From Smithellaceae bacterium (GTDB taxonomy: Bacteria; Desulfobacterota; Syntrophia; Syntrophales; Smithellaceae), in contig JAQUVQ010000005.1 of NCBI GenBank assembly GCA_028693285.1, positions 19,160 through 83,159 of the forward strand: DNA of 64,000 nt, read 5' to 3'. A model generated the notes under the pieces. That model searched no databases. It had not been told where the DNA came from and saw only the letters and a list, made by a program, of their open reading frames with translations. Both the position numbers and the translations under genes were made by a program. Positions 46,992 to 55,600 of the stretch are shown one piece after another (positions within the stretch are counted from its first letter, which is position 1; every line of letters starts with the position of its first letter).

Positions 46992-48149
46992 ATGGCGAAA
47001 CGAGTTGCAATTGTAGGAACCGGACAGACCTTCCATAAGAGCCATCGCCCCGACGTCAACGGACAGGAGCTGATCCATGAGGCAGTTGCCCGTGCGCTGG
47101 CGGACGCCGACCTGAAGCTGAAGGACATCGACGCCGTCGTCATCGGGAACATGGATCATTTTGAGGGGATCAACTACGTGGACTGCTGGAGCGTGGACGG
47201 TTCCGGCGGGACGATGAAGCCCATTATCAAGCTGACCACCGGCGGAACCACCGGCTGCACCGTCGCCATCGGCGGATATCATCTGGTCGGCTCGGGAATG
47301 TTCGACCGAGTGCTGATCATCGGCTGGGAAAAGAACTCCGAATCGGACACGACCGGCGCCATCACCACGGCTTTTGATCCCATCTGGGACCGCCTGGTCT
47401 TCGCCGGCGCAATATCGGGTCTGGCGGCGGAGGCGCAGGCTTACATGGCCCGCTACGGCGCGACGGACCGCGACGGCGCCCGGGTGAGCGTGCGCGACCG
47501 GAAACATGCGATGAACAATCCGCACGCGCAGCTTCGAAAGGAAGTGAGCCTGGAAGAAGTGCTGGCTTCCCCGATGCTGGCGGACCCGATCCATCTTTTG
47601 GACGTTTGCCCCCGCTCCGACGGCGCGTGCGCGGTCATCATGGCCAGTGAAGACATCGCCGAAAAGATCTGCCCGAAACCGGACTGGATCTGGGGCACGG
47701 CTGCGCGCCACTCCTACAGCTACCTGGGCGACGCCGATTACGGCCGCCTGACCAGCATGCGCGAAGGATCGCAGGAACTCTGGAAGAAGGCGGGCATCAA
47801 AGAGCCGCGCAAAGAACTGGATGTTGTCGAGATGTACCAGCCCTATTCGTTCGGCGGTTTGATCTGGATCGAGGACATGGGCCTGGTGGGCCCCGGCGAG
47901 GCGCCGCGGTATATCTGGGACGGCAACACCGACATGGGCGGCGAACTGCCGATCAATCCGTCGGGCGGCGTGATTTCCTGCAATCCCATCGGGGCGACCG
48001 GGCTGATCCGCTGCGCGGAAGCGGCCATGCAGGTGATGGGCAAAGCCGAAGGCCGGCAGGTTCCGGACGTCAACTTTGCCTTCAGCAGCGGTTTCGGCGG
48101 CTGCTGGTGGACCGATATGATTCTGCACGGAAAGAAAAAACCGGCCTGA
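46992..48149 (+). CDS. SCPx-type thiolase-like protein, catalytically degenerate (pair 2, subunit B)
   Basis: GGAGG upstream of ATG 46992 (the track ORF 46455-48149 has a spurious N-extension). It is a paralog of 37697-38896, with TTGGTTGCT...IIGWEKN and INPSGGVISCNPIGATG. Confidence 0.85.
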   Translation: MAKRVAIVGTGQTFHKSHRPDVNGQELIHEAVARALADADLKLKDIDAVVIGNMDHFEGINYVDCWSVDGSGGTMKPIIKLTTGGTTGCTVAIGGYHLVGSGMFDRVLIIGWEKNSESDTTGAITTAFDPIWDRLVFAGAISGLAAEAQAYMARYGATDRDGARVSVRDRKHAMNNPHAQLRKEVSLEEVLASPMLADPIHLLDVCPRSDGACAVIMASEDIAEKICPKPDWIWGTAARHSYSYLGDADYGRLTSMREGSQELWKKAGIKEPRKELDVVEMYQPYSFGGLIWIEDMGLVGPGEAPRYIWDGNTDMGGELPINPSGGVISCNPIGATGLIRCAEAAMQVMGKAEGRQVPDVNFAFSSGFGGCWWTDMILHGKKKPA

Positions 48150-48169
48150 AGCAACAAGGAGGAACCAGC

Positions 48170-48634
48170 ATGGCGGAAAAAGAAAACATCATTATCGAAT
48201 CGGGCGACGCGGTTCAGCCCTTCGCGTATTCCGTGGGCATGCACGGAAGCAGGTTTTTTGCGGAGATTCGCGACCATAAGCGGTTTCTGGGGATCAAGTG
48301 CCCCAAATGCGGGAAGGTGTATATTCCGCCGCGCGGCGTCTGCGGAGACTGCTTTGTCGAGATGAAAGACTGGGTCGAAGTCGGGCCGAAAGGGGTCATC
48401 GGCACCTTTACGATTCTTCGCTACGCGTTTATCGACCCGGAAACGGGCGCGCAGAAGCCGGTCCCCTATGGCTACGGGTTTATCAGGTTTGACGGCGCCG
48501 ACACCCTGTTCCAGCACTACATCAACATTGAGGATGAAGCGAAGATTCGCGTGGGCGCCCGCGTGGAGCCGGTATTTGCCGGAGAGCGAAAGGGCAGCAT
48601 TCGGGATATTGAGTATTTTCGGGTCATCGACTGA
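48170..48634 (+). CDS. DUF35 Zn-ribbon/OB-fold protein
   Basis: AAGGAGG upstream of ATG 48170. It has CPKCG-N10-CGDC followed by an OB-fold (YGYGFIRFDGADT, VGARVEPVF). Confidence 0.85.
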   Translation: MAEKENIIIESGDAVQPFAYSVGMHGSRFFAEIRDHKRFLGIKCPKCGKVYIPPRGVCGDCFVEMKDWVEVGPKGVIGTFTILRYAFIDPETGAQKPVPYGYGFIRFDGADTLFQHYINIEDEAKIRVGARVEPVFAGERKGSIRDIEYFRVID

Positions 48635-49536
48635 TGGCCGCAAAGGAGTCGCCGACGGTTGAGATCAATCCATTCAAGCGGATTCTGAAGATGCCGGGGG
48701 CTCTGTGCGGGGGAATCAGCACCGGCAGCGATAAAATCCGCAGCGGATACGGCAACGGGGACTGCCTTTACTTTGATTTTGAGCACCTGGTCTTCGCCGT
48801 GGCGGACGGCACGGAACGCTTCCCCTGGGCGTCGAGGGATCTTTTGCAGCGGCTGTCGGAGAGGCTTTTGCGGTCCGGTTCCCCGGAAACGGCCCGGGAT
48901 TGGAAGGACATGATGAACACCGGGGTCTATGACGGCCAGAAGTACCAGCATAAGACGACCTTCAGCGCCGTCGCCCTTCGCCGTGAAGGAGAGGATGTTT
49001 TTCTGATCATCGCGAACGGAGGCGACAGCGTCGTAACGGTCATGGATGGCCTTACGGGAAAGATTCGCCGTCAGACGGGGCGCAACATGGATTTTGCGGG
49101 AAGAAGCAGGCAGATTGTGGATGTGACGGAGCACCGGATGCCGGACCGGGACCACCGGGTGCTTCTTTCCACGGACGGGTTCGATGATGTCTGGCGCTTC
49201 TATCTGCGCCGGTCGCCCGCCGGCTCCGCGCGCGGCGTTCTCGAAAGGGTTGGGCTGGACGGAATCGGCGAGGTGATTTCCGGGCTTCTGGAAGAGCACC
49301 GGGACCGTTTTGAGTATGATGATGTCGGCTTTATTCTTCTGGATCCGGGCGCGGTGAAGCCGGTGAAGGGAAAAGCTCTGATCATGGGAGGAACGCGGCC
49401 TTTTGAAGAAAATCGCTACCGGCTGCAGTATACACCGGAGGCGCATGACCGGTGGATCCCCGATGCCGAGTGGGCCGGACAGGAGGAAATGCTTGACGGC
49501 GCGGGAATCCGGGTGCTGAACACGGTGCGGTGCTGA
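48634..49536 (+). CDS. Divergent PP2C/SpoIIE-like phosphatase-fold protein
   Basis: The ATG shares its A (48634) with the upstream TGA stop. It has PP2C-like motif order: FAVADGTE, TTFSAVAL...LIIANGGDSVV, LLSTDGFDDV, YDDVGFILLD. Confidence 0.55.
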   Translation: MAAKESPTVEINPFKRILKMPGALCGGISTGSDKIRSGYGNGDCLYFDFEHLVFAVADGTERFPWASRDLLQRLSERLLRSGSPETARDWKDMMNTGVYDGQKYQHKTTFSAVALRREGEDVFLIIANGGDSVVTVMDGLTGKIRRQTGRNMDFAGRSRQIVDVTEHRMPDRDHRVLLSTDGFDDVWRFYLRRSPAGSARGVLERVGLDGIGEVISGLLEEHRDRFEYDDVGFILLDPGAVKPVKGKALIMGGTRPFEENRYRLQYTPEAHDRWIPDAEWAGQEEMLDGAGIRVLNTVRC

Positions 49537-49554
49537 AGGACCGGATTCCCTTTC

Positions 49555-50187
49555 ATGCAAGAAAGTGTTGCAGAAGAGATGAATGAGCGGAACAAAAATG
49601 ATTTGCTGAATCTGAGGCGGTCCCAACTGACGGCGGCGGCGTACAAAGTGGTTGCGCAGAAGGGGTACAACGATTTCACCATCAAGGATATCGCCGAGGA
49701 AGCCGGCCTGTCCACGGGCCTGGTCCACTACTACTTCAAAAACAAGGAAGATCTTCTTTTCAAGCTGCTCAAGGAGATGAACGCCAATCTTCGGGACAAT
49801 CTGAAAAAGGCCATGGGGGAGCTTGCCGAACCCAGGGATAAACTGATGGCTTTCTGCGACGAAGCCTTTGCGCTGGTGGACCGGGAAAAGGCGTATTTTT
49901 ACGTGCTCATCGATTTTTGGGCGCAGATCAATCACGATGCCAGGATTCGCCAGGCGAACGTCAAACTTTTTCAGAGCTACCGCGCCGAGATCGCGGCGAT
50001 CATTCAGGAAGGGGCGGCCAAAGGCGTTTTCACCGTGGAGGACGTGAACCTGACGTCCGTGATCATCATCGCGCTCATTCAGGGAACCATCATCCAGTAC
50101 GCGATTGATCGCGAGGCGTTCAATTACAGCGAGATCAAGGAGAAAATCAAGGAGCAGATTCTCTCCAGAATCGTCAACGGAAAATAA
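49555..50187 (+). CDS. TetR/AcrR-family transcriptional regulator
   Basis: 210 aa. It has the N-terminal HTH text GYNDFTIKDIAEEAGLSTGLVHYYFKNKEDLL. Confidence 0.9.
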   Translation: MQESVAEEMNERNKNDLLNLRRSQLTAAAYKVVAQKGYNDFTIKDIAEEAGLSTGLVHYYFKNKEDLLFKLLKEMNANLRDNLKKAMGELAEPRDKLMAFCDEAFALVDREKAYFYVLIDFWAQINHDARIRQANVKLFQSYRAEIAAIIQEGAAKGVFTVEDVNLTSVIIIALIQGTIIQYAIDREAFNYSEIKEKIKEQILSRIVNGK

Positions 50188-50206
50188 TGCATTAAAGGAG
50201 GCATTC

Positions 50207-51358
50207 ATGGAATTCGGTTTTACGGAAGAACAGCTGATGTTCAGAGATTCGGTCTATAAGTTCGCAAAAAAGGAAATTGTGCCGCTGGTCGAGGAGGCAG
50301 ATCTCAAAAGCGAGTTCTCCATGGAGGTGTGGCGGAAACTCGGTGAGATGGGCATCCTGGGCCTTCCGTTTCCCGAAGAACTGGGCGGATCGGGCGCCAG
50401 TGTAGAGACCTGCTGCCTGGCCGGCGAAGCCCTGGGCCATGCCGGCGTCGATCAGGGACATCTGCTTGCCCTGGGCGCCCACACTTACCTGTGCGCGGAC
50501 ACGATCTTCAAGCACGGCTCGCCCGAACAGCTGAAAAAGTACGTTCCGAAGCTGGCCAGCGGCGAATGGATCGGGTGCATGGGACTGACGGAGCCGGGCG
50601 CCGGTTCGGACGCCGCGTCCATCACCACCACGGCGGTCAAAAAAGACGGCAAGTGGATTCTCAACGGGACGAAGACCTTTATTACCAACGCCCCGGTCTG
50701 CGAAGTCTGCGTTGTGTATGCCACGGTGGACAAGGCCCTCAAGCACAAGGGCATTACCGCCTTCATCGTCGAGAGAGGCTTTCCCGGATTCGCAACCGGC
50801 GCGCCGTTTCACAAGATGGGCGTGCGGGCATCCGCCACCTCCGAAGTGATTCTGGACAACTGCGAAGTTCCGGAAGAAAACCTGCTGGGCGAGGTCGGCA
50901 AAGGGTTTGAATACACCCATGAGACCCTGTCCTGGGACCGCAGCTCCCTTCTGGCGCCTTTCGTCGGCGCCCTGCAGTTCGCCATCGAGTCCTGCACCAA
51001 ATACTCCCAGGAAAGGGTGCAGTTCGGCAAGCCGATCAACGCGTTCCAGGCGATTCAGCACAAGCTGGCGGACATCAAGATCATCCAGGAGGCCGCCAAA
51101 ATGGTTGTTTACCGCGTGGCTCACGACAAGGATTCCGGAAAGCCTTTGAATCATTTGCATACGTCCATCGCGAAATCCGTGGTCGGCGACTACGGCATCA
51201 AAGCCGCCAGCGACGCAGTCCAGATTTTCGGCGGCTACGGGTTCATCCACGAATATCCGATCGAGCGGTTTTTGAGGGATGTGAAACTGGCGCAGATCGG
51301 CGGAGGGACATCGGAAATGCAGAAATTCATCATCTCCCGCATCCTGAGCTTTATGTAG
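50207..51358 (+). CDS. Acyl-CoA dehydrogenase (paralog lacking the MCAD-type catalytic Glu)
   Basis: AAAGGAGG upstream of ATG 50207. ACAD text is present ([26 protein letters not shown]). The C-terminal motif reads [10 protein letters not shown] where MCAD has QIYEGTAQIQ. Confidence 0.85.
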   Translation: MEFGFTEEQLMFRDSVYKFAKKEIVPLVEEADLKSEFSMEVWRKLGEMGILGLPFPEELGGSGASVETCCLAGEALGHAGVDQGHLLALGAHTYLCADTIFKHGSPEQLKKYVPKLASGEWIGCMGLTEPGAGSDAASITTTAVKKDGKWILNGTKTFITNAPVCEVCVVYATVDKALKHKGITAFIVERGFPGFATGAPFHKMGVRASATSEVILDNCEVPEENLLGEVGKGFEYTHETLSWDRSSLLAPFVGALQFAIESCTKYSQERVQFGKPINAFQAIQHKLADIKIIQEAAKMVVYRVAHDKDSGKPLNHLHTSIAKSVVGDYGIKAASDAVQIFGGYGFIHEYPIERFLRDVKLAQIGGGTSEMQKFIISRILSFM

Positions 51359-51408
51359 CCTCAGGCCGGAAGCAGAATAACCAGACATCCATTGAAGGAG
51401 AATATGCC

Positions 51409-52581
51409 ATGAACTATGATTTAACGCCGGAACAGTTGTCGATAAAGGACAATTTTACGAAATTTTGCACAAAGGAAATCGAACCGCGCGCCGCGCTGCT
51501 CGATGAAGCGCCCCATGAAGAAGTCCCCGGGCTGATCAGAGAAAATATCAAGAAGATGGCCGGCATCGGCTATCTCGGCATCGGACACGAAGAAGCTTAC
51601 GGCGGAACGAATCTCGACCTGATCAGCCAGGCCATCGCGGGGGAAGCGGTCGCGGCCGCCTGCGCGTCCACCTTTTTATCCTGCGGCGCATCCTCCGGCC
51701 TGTTCGGCATGCCGCTGAGGCTGTTCGGCTCCGAAGAGCAGAAGAAAAAATATCTTCCCGGCATCATCAAAGGGGAAATCATCGGCTGTTTTGGCCTCAC
51801 CGAACCGGAAGCCGGCTCCGACGCCGCGTCCATCAAGACGGCCGCCGTGAAAGACGGGGACCGCTGGATTCTCAACGGAACCAAAACATTCATTACCAAC
51901 GCCACCATTGCCGACGTGGCGCTGATCTTCGCTTATAACGACAAGGCGAAGGGACCGGGGGCCGGCGTGACCTGCTTCCTGGTGGAGGCGGGCACACCGG
52001 GGTTCAAAGCGGGCAAACCTTTCGACAAAATGGGATTTCGCGGCTCCCCGACCGCCGAACTGATCCTCGAGGACTGCGAAGTGCCGGACAGCGCCGTTCT
52101 GGGCACGGTGGGCAGCGGCTTTATCCAGGCCATGATGACGCTGGAATACGGCCGGATCGGCATGGCGACCGTTTGCCTGGGCATTGCGTCCAAGTGCCTG
52201 GAGCTGGCCAACAAGTATTCCAAGGAGCGCGTGGTCTTCGGAAAGCCGATCAACCGCTTTCAGGACATTTCGTTCAAGCTTGCCGATATGCTGATCATGT
52301 CCGATACGGCGAGGCTCCTCATTTATCAGGCCGCGTGGGCCAAGCAGACCGGCCGTCCCGAGTCCGCCGTGCTGGCCTCCGTGGCCAAAGTCTGGGCTTC
52401 CGAGACCGGCAAGCAGATCTCCGACCTGGCCGTTCAGATTCACGGGGGCTACGGCTACATGAAGGAATACCCCGTGGAGCGCCTCTACCGCGACGCGAGG
52501 CTGGGAGAAATCGGCGAGGGCGCTTCGGAAATCCAGCGCATCCTGATCGCCAAAGACCTGATCCGGAGGTACGCGGCCTAG
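51409..52581 (+). CDS. Acyl-CoA dehydrogenase
   Basis: 390 aa with [13 protein letters not shown] and [13 protein letters not shown]. The C-terminal [10 protein letters not shown] retains the catalytic Glu. Confidence 0.9.
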   Translation: MNYDLTPEQLSIKDNFTKFCTKEIEPRAALLDEAPHEEVPGLIRENIKKMAGIGYLGIGHEEAYGGTNLDLISQAIAGEAVAAACASTFLSCGASSGLFGMPLRLFGSEEQKKKYLPGIIKGEIIGCFGLTEPEAGSDAASIKTAAVKDGDRWILNGTKTFITNATIADVALIFAYNDKAKGPGAGVTCFLVEAGTPGFKAGKPFDKMGFRGSPTAELILEDCEVPDSAVLGTVGSGFIQAMMTLEYGRIGMATVCLGIASKCLELANKYSKERVVFGKPINRFQDISFKLADMLIMSDTARLLIYQAAWAKQTGRPESAVLASVAKVWASETGKQISDLAVQIHGGYGYMKEYPVERLYRDARLGEIGEGASEIQRILIAKDLIRRYAA

Positions 52582-52642
52582 CCGTTCAGACGAAGGCGCG
52601 CGCTTTCCGACCGGAGACATGACGCTGCAAGGAGAAAGACCC

Positions 52643-53080
52643 ATGGCCATCGACGCAAAATTCATCGGCAAGGCCTACCCATCCTATACCTATGAGGTGG
52701 GCAGGGAAAAAATCAAAGAGTATGCGAAAGCGATCAAGAATTTCGATCCGCATTATCTGGAAGACGATTTCGCCGCCAAATCGAAGTACGGAACGATCAT
52801 CGCCCCGCCCACCTTTGCGGTGGTCTATGGCGCCTACCTGATCGAGCCGGTGTTCAACGACCGGGATCTGAACCTGAACATGGCGATGCTGGTCCACGGA
52901 GAGCAGGAACTGGAGTTTTTCGAGGTGGTCAAGGCGGGAGATGTCATCACCACCGGCGCAAAGATAGTGCACATTCAGAACAAGGAAAAGCTGGATATCA
53001 TCGCCATTGAAGTTCAGTCGAAAAACCAGCACGGCCGGGACGTCTGCCGTGGAATTTACACCTTTGTCGTCAGAAAGTAG
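52643..53080 (+). CDS. MaoC-N-terminal-like hot-dog protein (HadA/ChsH-type non-catalytic hydratase subunit)
   Basis: The likely start is ATG 52643. It has a hot-dog fold without the D-x(4)-H catalytic motif and sits directly upstream of a catalytic MaoC partner. Confidence 0.7.
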   Translation: MAIDAKFIGKAYPSYTYEVGREKIKEYAKAIKNFDPHYLEDDFAAKSKYGTIIAPPTFAVVYGAYLIEPVFNDRDLNLNMAMLVHGEQELEFFEVVKAGDVITTGAKIVHIQNKEKLDIIAIEVQSKNQHGRDVCRGIYTFVVRK

Positions 53081-53090
53081 GAGGCACGCC

Positions 53091-53477
53091 ATGGCCATTG
53101 AAAAAGGACAGACCTTCAGCGGAAGCGAGAAGGTCGATAAATACAGGCCCATTTACTACGCCGGCGCATCCGGCGATTTCAATCCGATTCATATCGATCC
53201 CGAATTCGGGAAAATGGTCGGGCTTGGAGGGGCGATTCTTCAGGGATTGTGCACACTTGCCTTTGCGTCCAAAACCGTCACCGACTGGGCGGGAGATCCC
53301 GGGAAGCTCAAGAGGCTCAAATGCCGGTTCAGCGCTCCGGTGCTGATGGAAGATACGATTTCGGTCCAGGGAACCGTCACGGATGTGCAGTCGGGACGCG
53401 CCAGGATTGATCTGAAGGTGGTCAACCAGAACGGCGTGGAAGTGCTTCAGAAGGTTGAAGCCGAGGTCGAAGCGTAA
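53091..53477 (+). CDS. MaoC-like (R)-specific enoyl-CoA hydratase, catalytic subunit
   Basis: AGGAGG upstream of ATG 53091. It has the catalytic motif YAGASGDFNPIHID. Confidence 0.8.
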   Translation: MAIEKGQTFSGSEKVDKYRPIYYAGASGDFNPIHIDPEFGKMVGLGGAILQGLCTLAFASKTVTDWAGDPGKLKRLKCRFSAPVLMEDTISVQGTVTDVQSGRARIDLKVVNQNGVEVLQKVEAEVEA

Positions 53478-53513
53478 AATGCAGCCGTTTGCAGAATAAA
53501 TATTCCCGAACGC

Positions 53514-53542
53514 TTGACAATTGTTCTCAATTGCCATATGAA
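53514..53542 (+). promoter_or_regulatory. Internal sigma70-type promoter overlapped by CAATTG-N4-CAATTG
   Basis: TTGACA (53514-53519), a 17-nt spacer, then TATGAA (53537-53542). CAATTG occurs at 53518-53523 and 53528-53533. The element lies about 90 nt upstream of the long ACAD gene. Confidence 0.5.
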
Positions 53543-53629
53543 CTTCGTCGAAGCACCTTCCCGCACGCTCTTCAGGGGGAAACCGGAACGATTACTCGTT
53601 CATAAATAAAAGAAAACAAGGAGGTTTGT

Positions 53630-55468
53630 ATGGCAAGTTTGTGGGTTGACGAAAGGGATATCAAATTCCAGCTTTTTGAAATGTTCAACATCGGGGAAAC
53701 GCTCCTGGGAAAGGGCCGTTACGCCGATCACGATGCGGATATGTGCAACATGGTGCTGGACCAGGCGCAGAAATTTGCCGAGGTCGAGATCGCGCCCACC
53801 TATCCGGATGAGGTCCACCGCAAACCCGTCGAAGCGGTCTTCAAGGACGGCAAGGTTTTCGCACCGGAAGCCTATCACCGTCTCTACAAGCTTTATTGCG
53901 AAGGCGGCTGGATGACGACGGCGGATTCGCCCGAAGTCGGCGGTCAGGCTTTTCCGTTCATCATCGGGGCGGCCTGCGCCAACATGTTTCTGGCCGCCAA
54001 TCAGGCGTTTCTCATGTACCCCGGTCTGACCCACGGCGCGGCGCGCCTGGTGGAGGACTTTTTCCAGAATCCCCTGCGGGACATTATTCTTGAAAAGATG
54101 TTCTCCGGTGTCTGGGCCGGAACGATGTGCCTGACCGAGCCGGGCGCCGGCTCCGACGTGGGCATTCTGAAAACTACGGCCAAGAAGAACGCCGACGGCA
54201 CGTATTCCATCACCGGCACCAAATGTTTCATCTCCGCCGGCGACCATGATCTCGCCGAAAACATCATTCACCCGGTCCTGGCCCGCATCGAAGGCGATCC
54301 CGCCGGCACCAAGGGCATCTCCATTTTCATCGTTCCCAAGATCCGCATCAACGAGAAGGGCGAGCTGGGAGAACCCAACGACGTGCAGTGCGGCAACATC
54401 GAAAGCAAAATGGGCATCCACGGCAACGCCACCTGTACGCTGAATTTCGGCACCGACGGCAAGTGCATCGGCTACCTCATGGGCGAGGAGCGCGACGGCA
54501 TGAAGATCATGTTCCAGATGATGAATGAAGAGCGCCAGGGCGTGGGCATGATGGGCGTATCGCTCGCGATGGCCTCCTACCTGCACGCGCTGGATTACGC
54601 CAAGCAGCGCATTCAGGGCTCGAACATCATTGAAATGGCCATGAAGGTTCCGAATCCGAAAGCGGTTCCGATCATCCAGCATCCGGACGTGCGCCGCATG
54701 CTCCTCAAACAGAAGAGCATCACCGAAGGGATCCGCGCGCTGGCTTTCCTGTGCTACTACGCCATGGACCGGGAATTCAACGCCGGTCTCGAGAACAAAG
54801 AGCAGGACAAAGAATACTGGCACGGCATGATCGAAATGCTCACGCCGATGGTCAAGTCCTACTGCACCGAGCGGGGCATGGAAGTCTGCAGTGACGCCGT
54901 CCAGACCTACGGCGGCTACGGCTACTGCCGGGAGTACCCGGTCGAGCAGATGATGCGCGATCAGAAGATCAACCTGATTTATGAAGGCACCAACGGCATT
55001 CAGGCCATGGACCTTCTGGGCCGCAAGCTCGGCATGAAGAAAGGCCTGTATTTCATGAACCTGCTGGGTCTGACCCAGGCCGCCATTGCCGAAGCCAAAG
55101 GCAATGACAAACTCAAAGCCGAGGCCGAAATCGTCGAAGGCGCCCTCAACGCCTGTGCGGGAACCGCCATGGCATTTGCCAAAATGTTGAAGACGACGCC
55201 GTTTGTTCCCCTGATCGGCGCGGCCGACTACCTCAACTGCCTGTCCGACGCCCTGGTGGGCTGGCTGCACATCTGGATGGCCAACACCGCCGTTAAAGGC
55301 CTGGCCAATGCCGCGAGCGACAGGGACAAAGCTTTCTATTCCGGCAAGATCGAAGGCGCAAAATTCTTCATCAACCGAATCACCGGACTGGTGCCGGCCA
55401 GGTTGGAAAACCTGCAGAAGGACGAGCAGAGCGCGATGAACATCAGCGAAGAAGCCTTTGCCGTTTAA
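53630..55468 (+). CDS. Large acyl-CoA dehydrogenase with C-terminal extension (FadE-like)
   Basis: 612 aa with [12 protein letters not shown], the catalytic context LIYEGTNGIQ, and a ~170-aa C-terminal helical extension. Confidence 0.9.
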   Translation: MASLWVDERDIKFQLFEMFNIGETLLGKGRYADHDADMCNMVLDQAQKFAEVEIAPTYPDEVHRKPVEAVFKDGKVFAPEAYHRLYKLYCEGGWMTTADSPEVGGQAFPFIIGAACANMFLAANQAFLMYPGLTHGAARLVEDFFQNPLRDIILEKMFSGVWAGTMCLTEPGAGSDVGILKTTAKKNADGTYSITGTKCFISAGDHDLAENIIHPVLARIEGDPAGTKGISIFIVPKIRINEKGELGEPNDVQCGNIESKMGIHGNATCTLNFGTDGKCIGYLMGEERDGMKIMFQMMNEERQGVGMMGVSLAMASYLHALDYAKQRIQGSNIIEMAMKVPNPKAVPIIQHPDVRRMLLKQKSITEGIRALAFLCYYAMDREFNAGLENKEQDKEYWHGMIEMLTPMVKSYCTERGMEVCSDAVQTYGGYGYCREYPVEQMMRDQKINLIYEGTNGIQAMDLLGRKLGMKKGLYFMNLLGLTQAAIAEAKGNDKLKAEAEIVEGALNACAGTAMAFAKMLKTTPFVPLIGAADYLNCLSDALVGWLHIWMANTAVKGLANAASDRDKAFYSGKIEGAKFFINRITGLVPARLENLQKDEQSAMNISEEAFAV

Positions 55469-55492
55469 ACGTTCTTGAAGAAAACCAATTTG

Positions 55493-55531
55493 AAGGAGGA
55501 ACCGGAACCGTAACGGTTCCTCCTTTTTTTA
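55493..55531 (+). terminator. Rho-independent terminator
   Basis: AAGGAGGAACCG (55493-55504) pairs perfectly with CGGTTCCTCCTT (55514-55525). The loop is 9 nt and the stem runs into a T7 tract, 25 nt after the ACAD stop. Confidence 0.85.
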
Positions 55532-55600
55532 TCGAGCGTCATTTGGCGGACAGCCGAATGCAGATTCATTCAAATTAATCATACAGACAGGGAGAAAAGC

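Noticed and set aside
55501-55513. GGAACCG GAACCG direct repeat as a possible repeat array seed
   Set aside because: It has only two units and forms part of the terminator stem and loop. It is not a CRISPR or tandem array.
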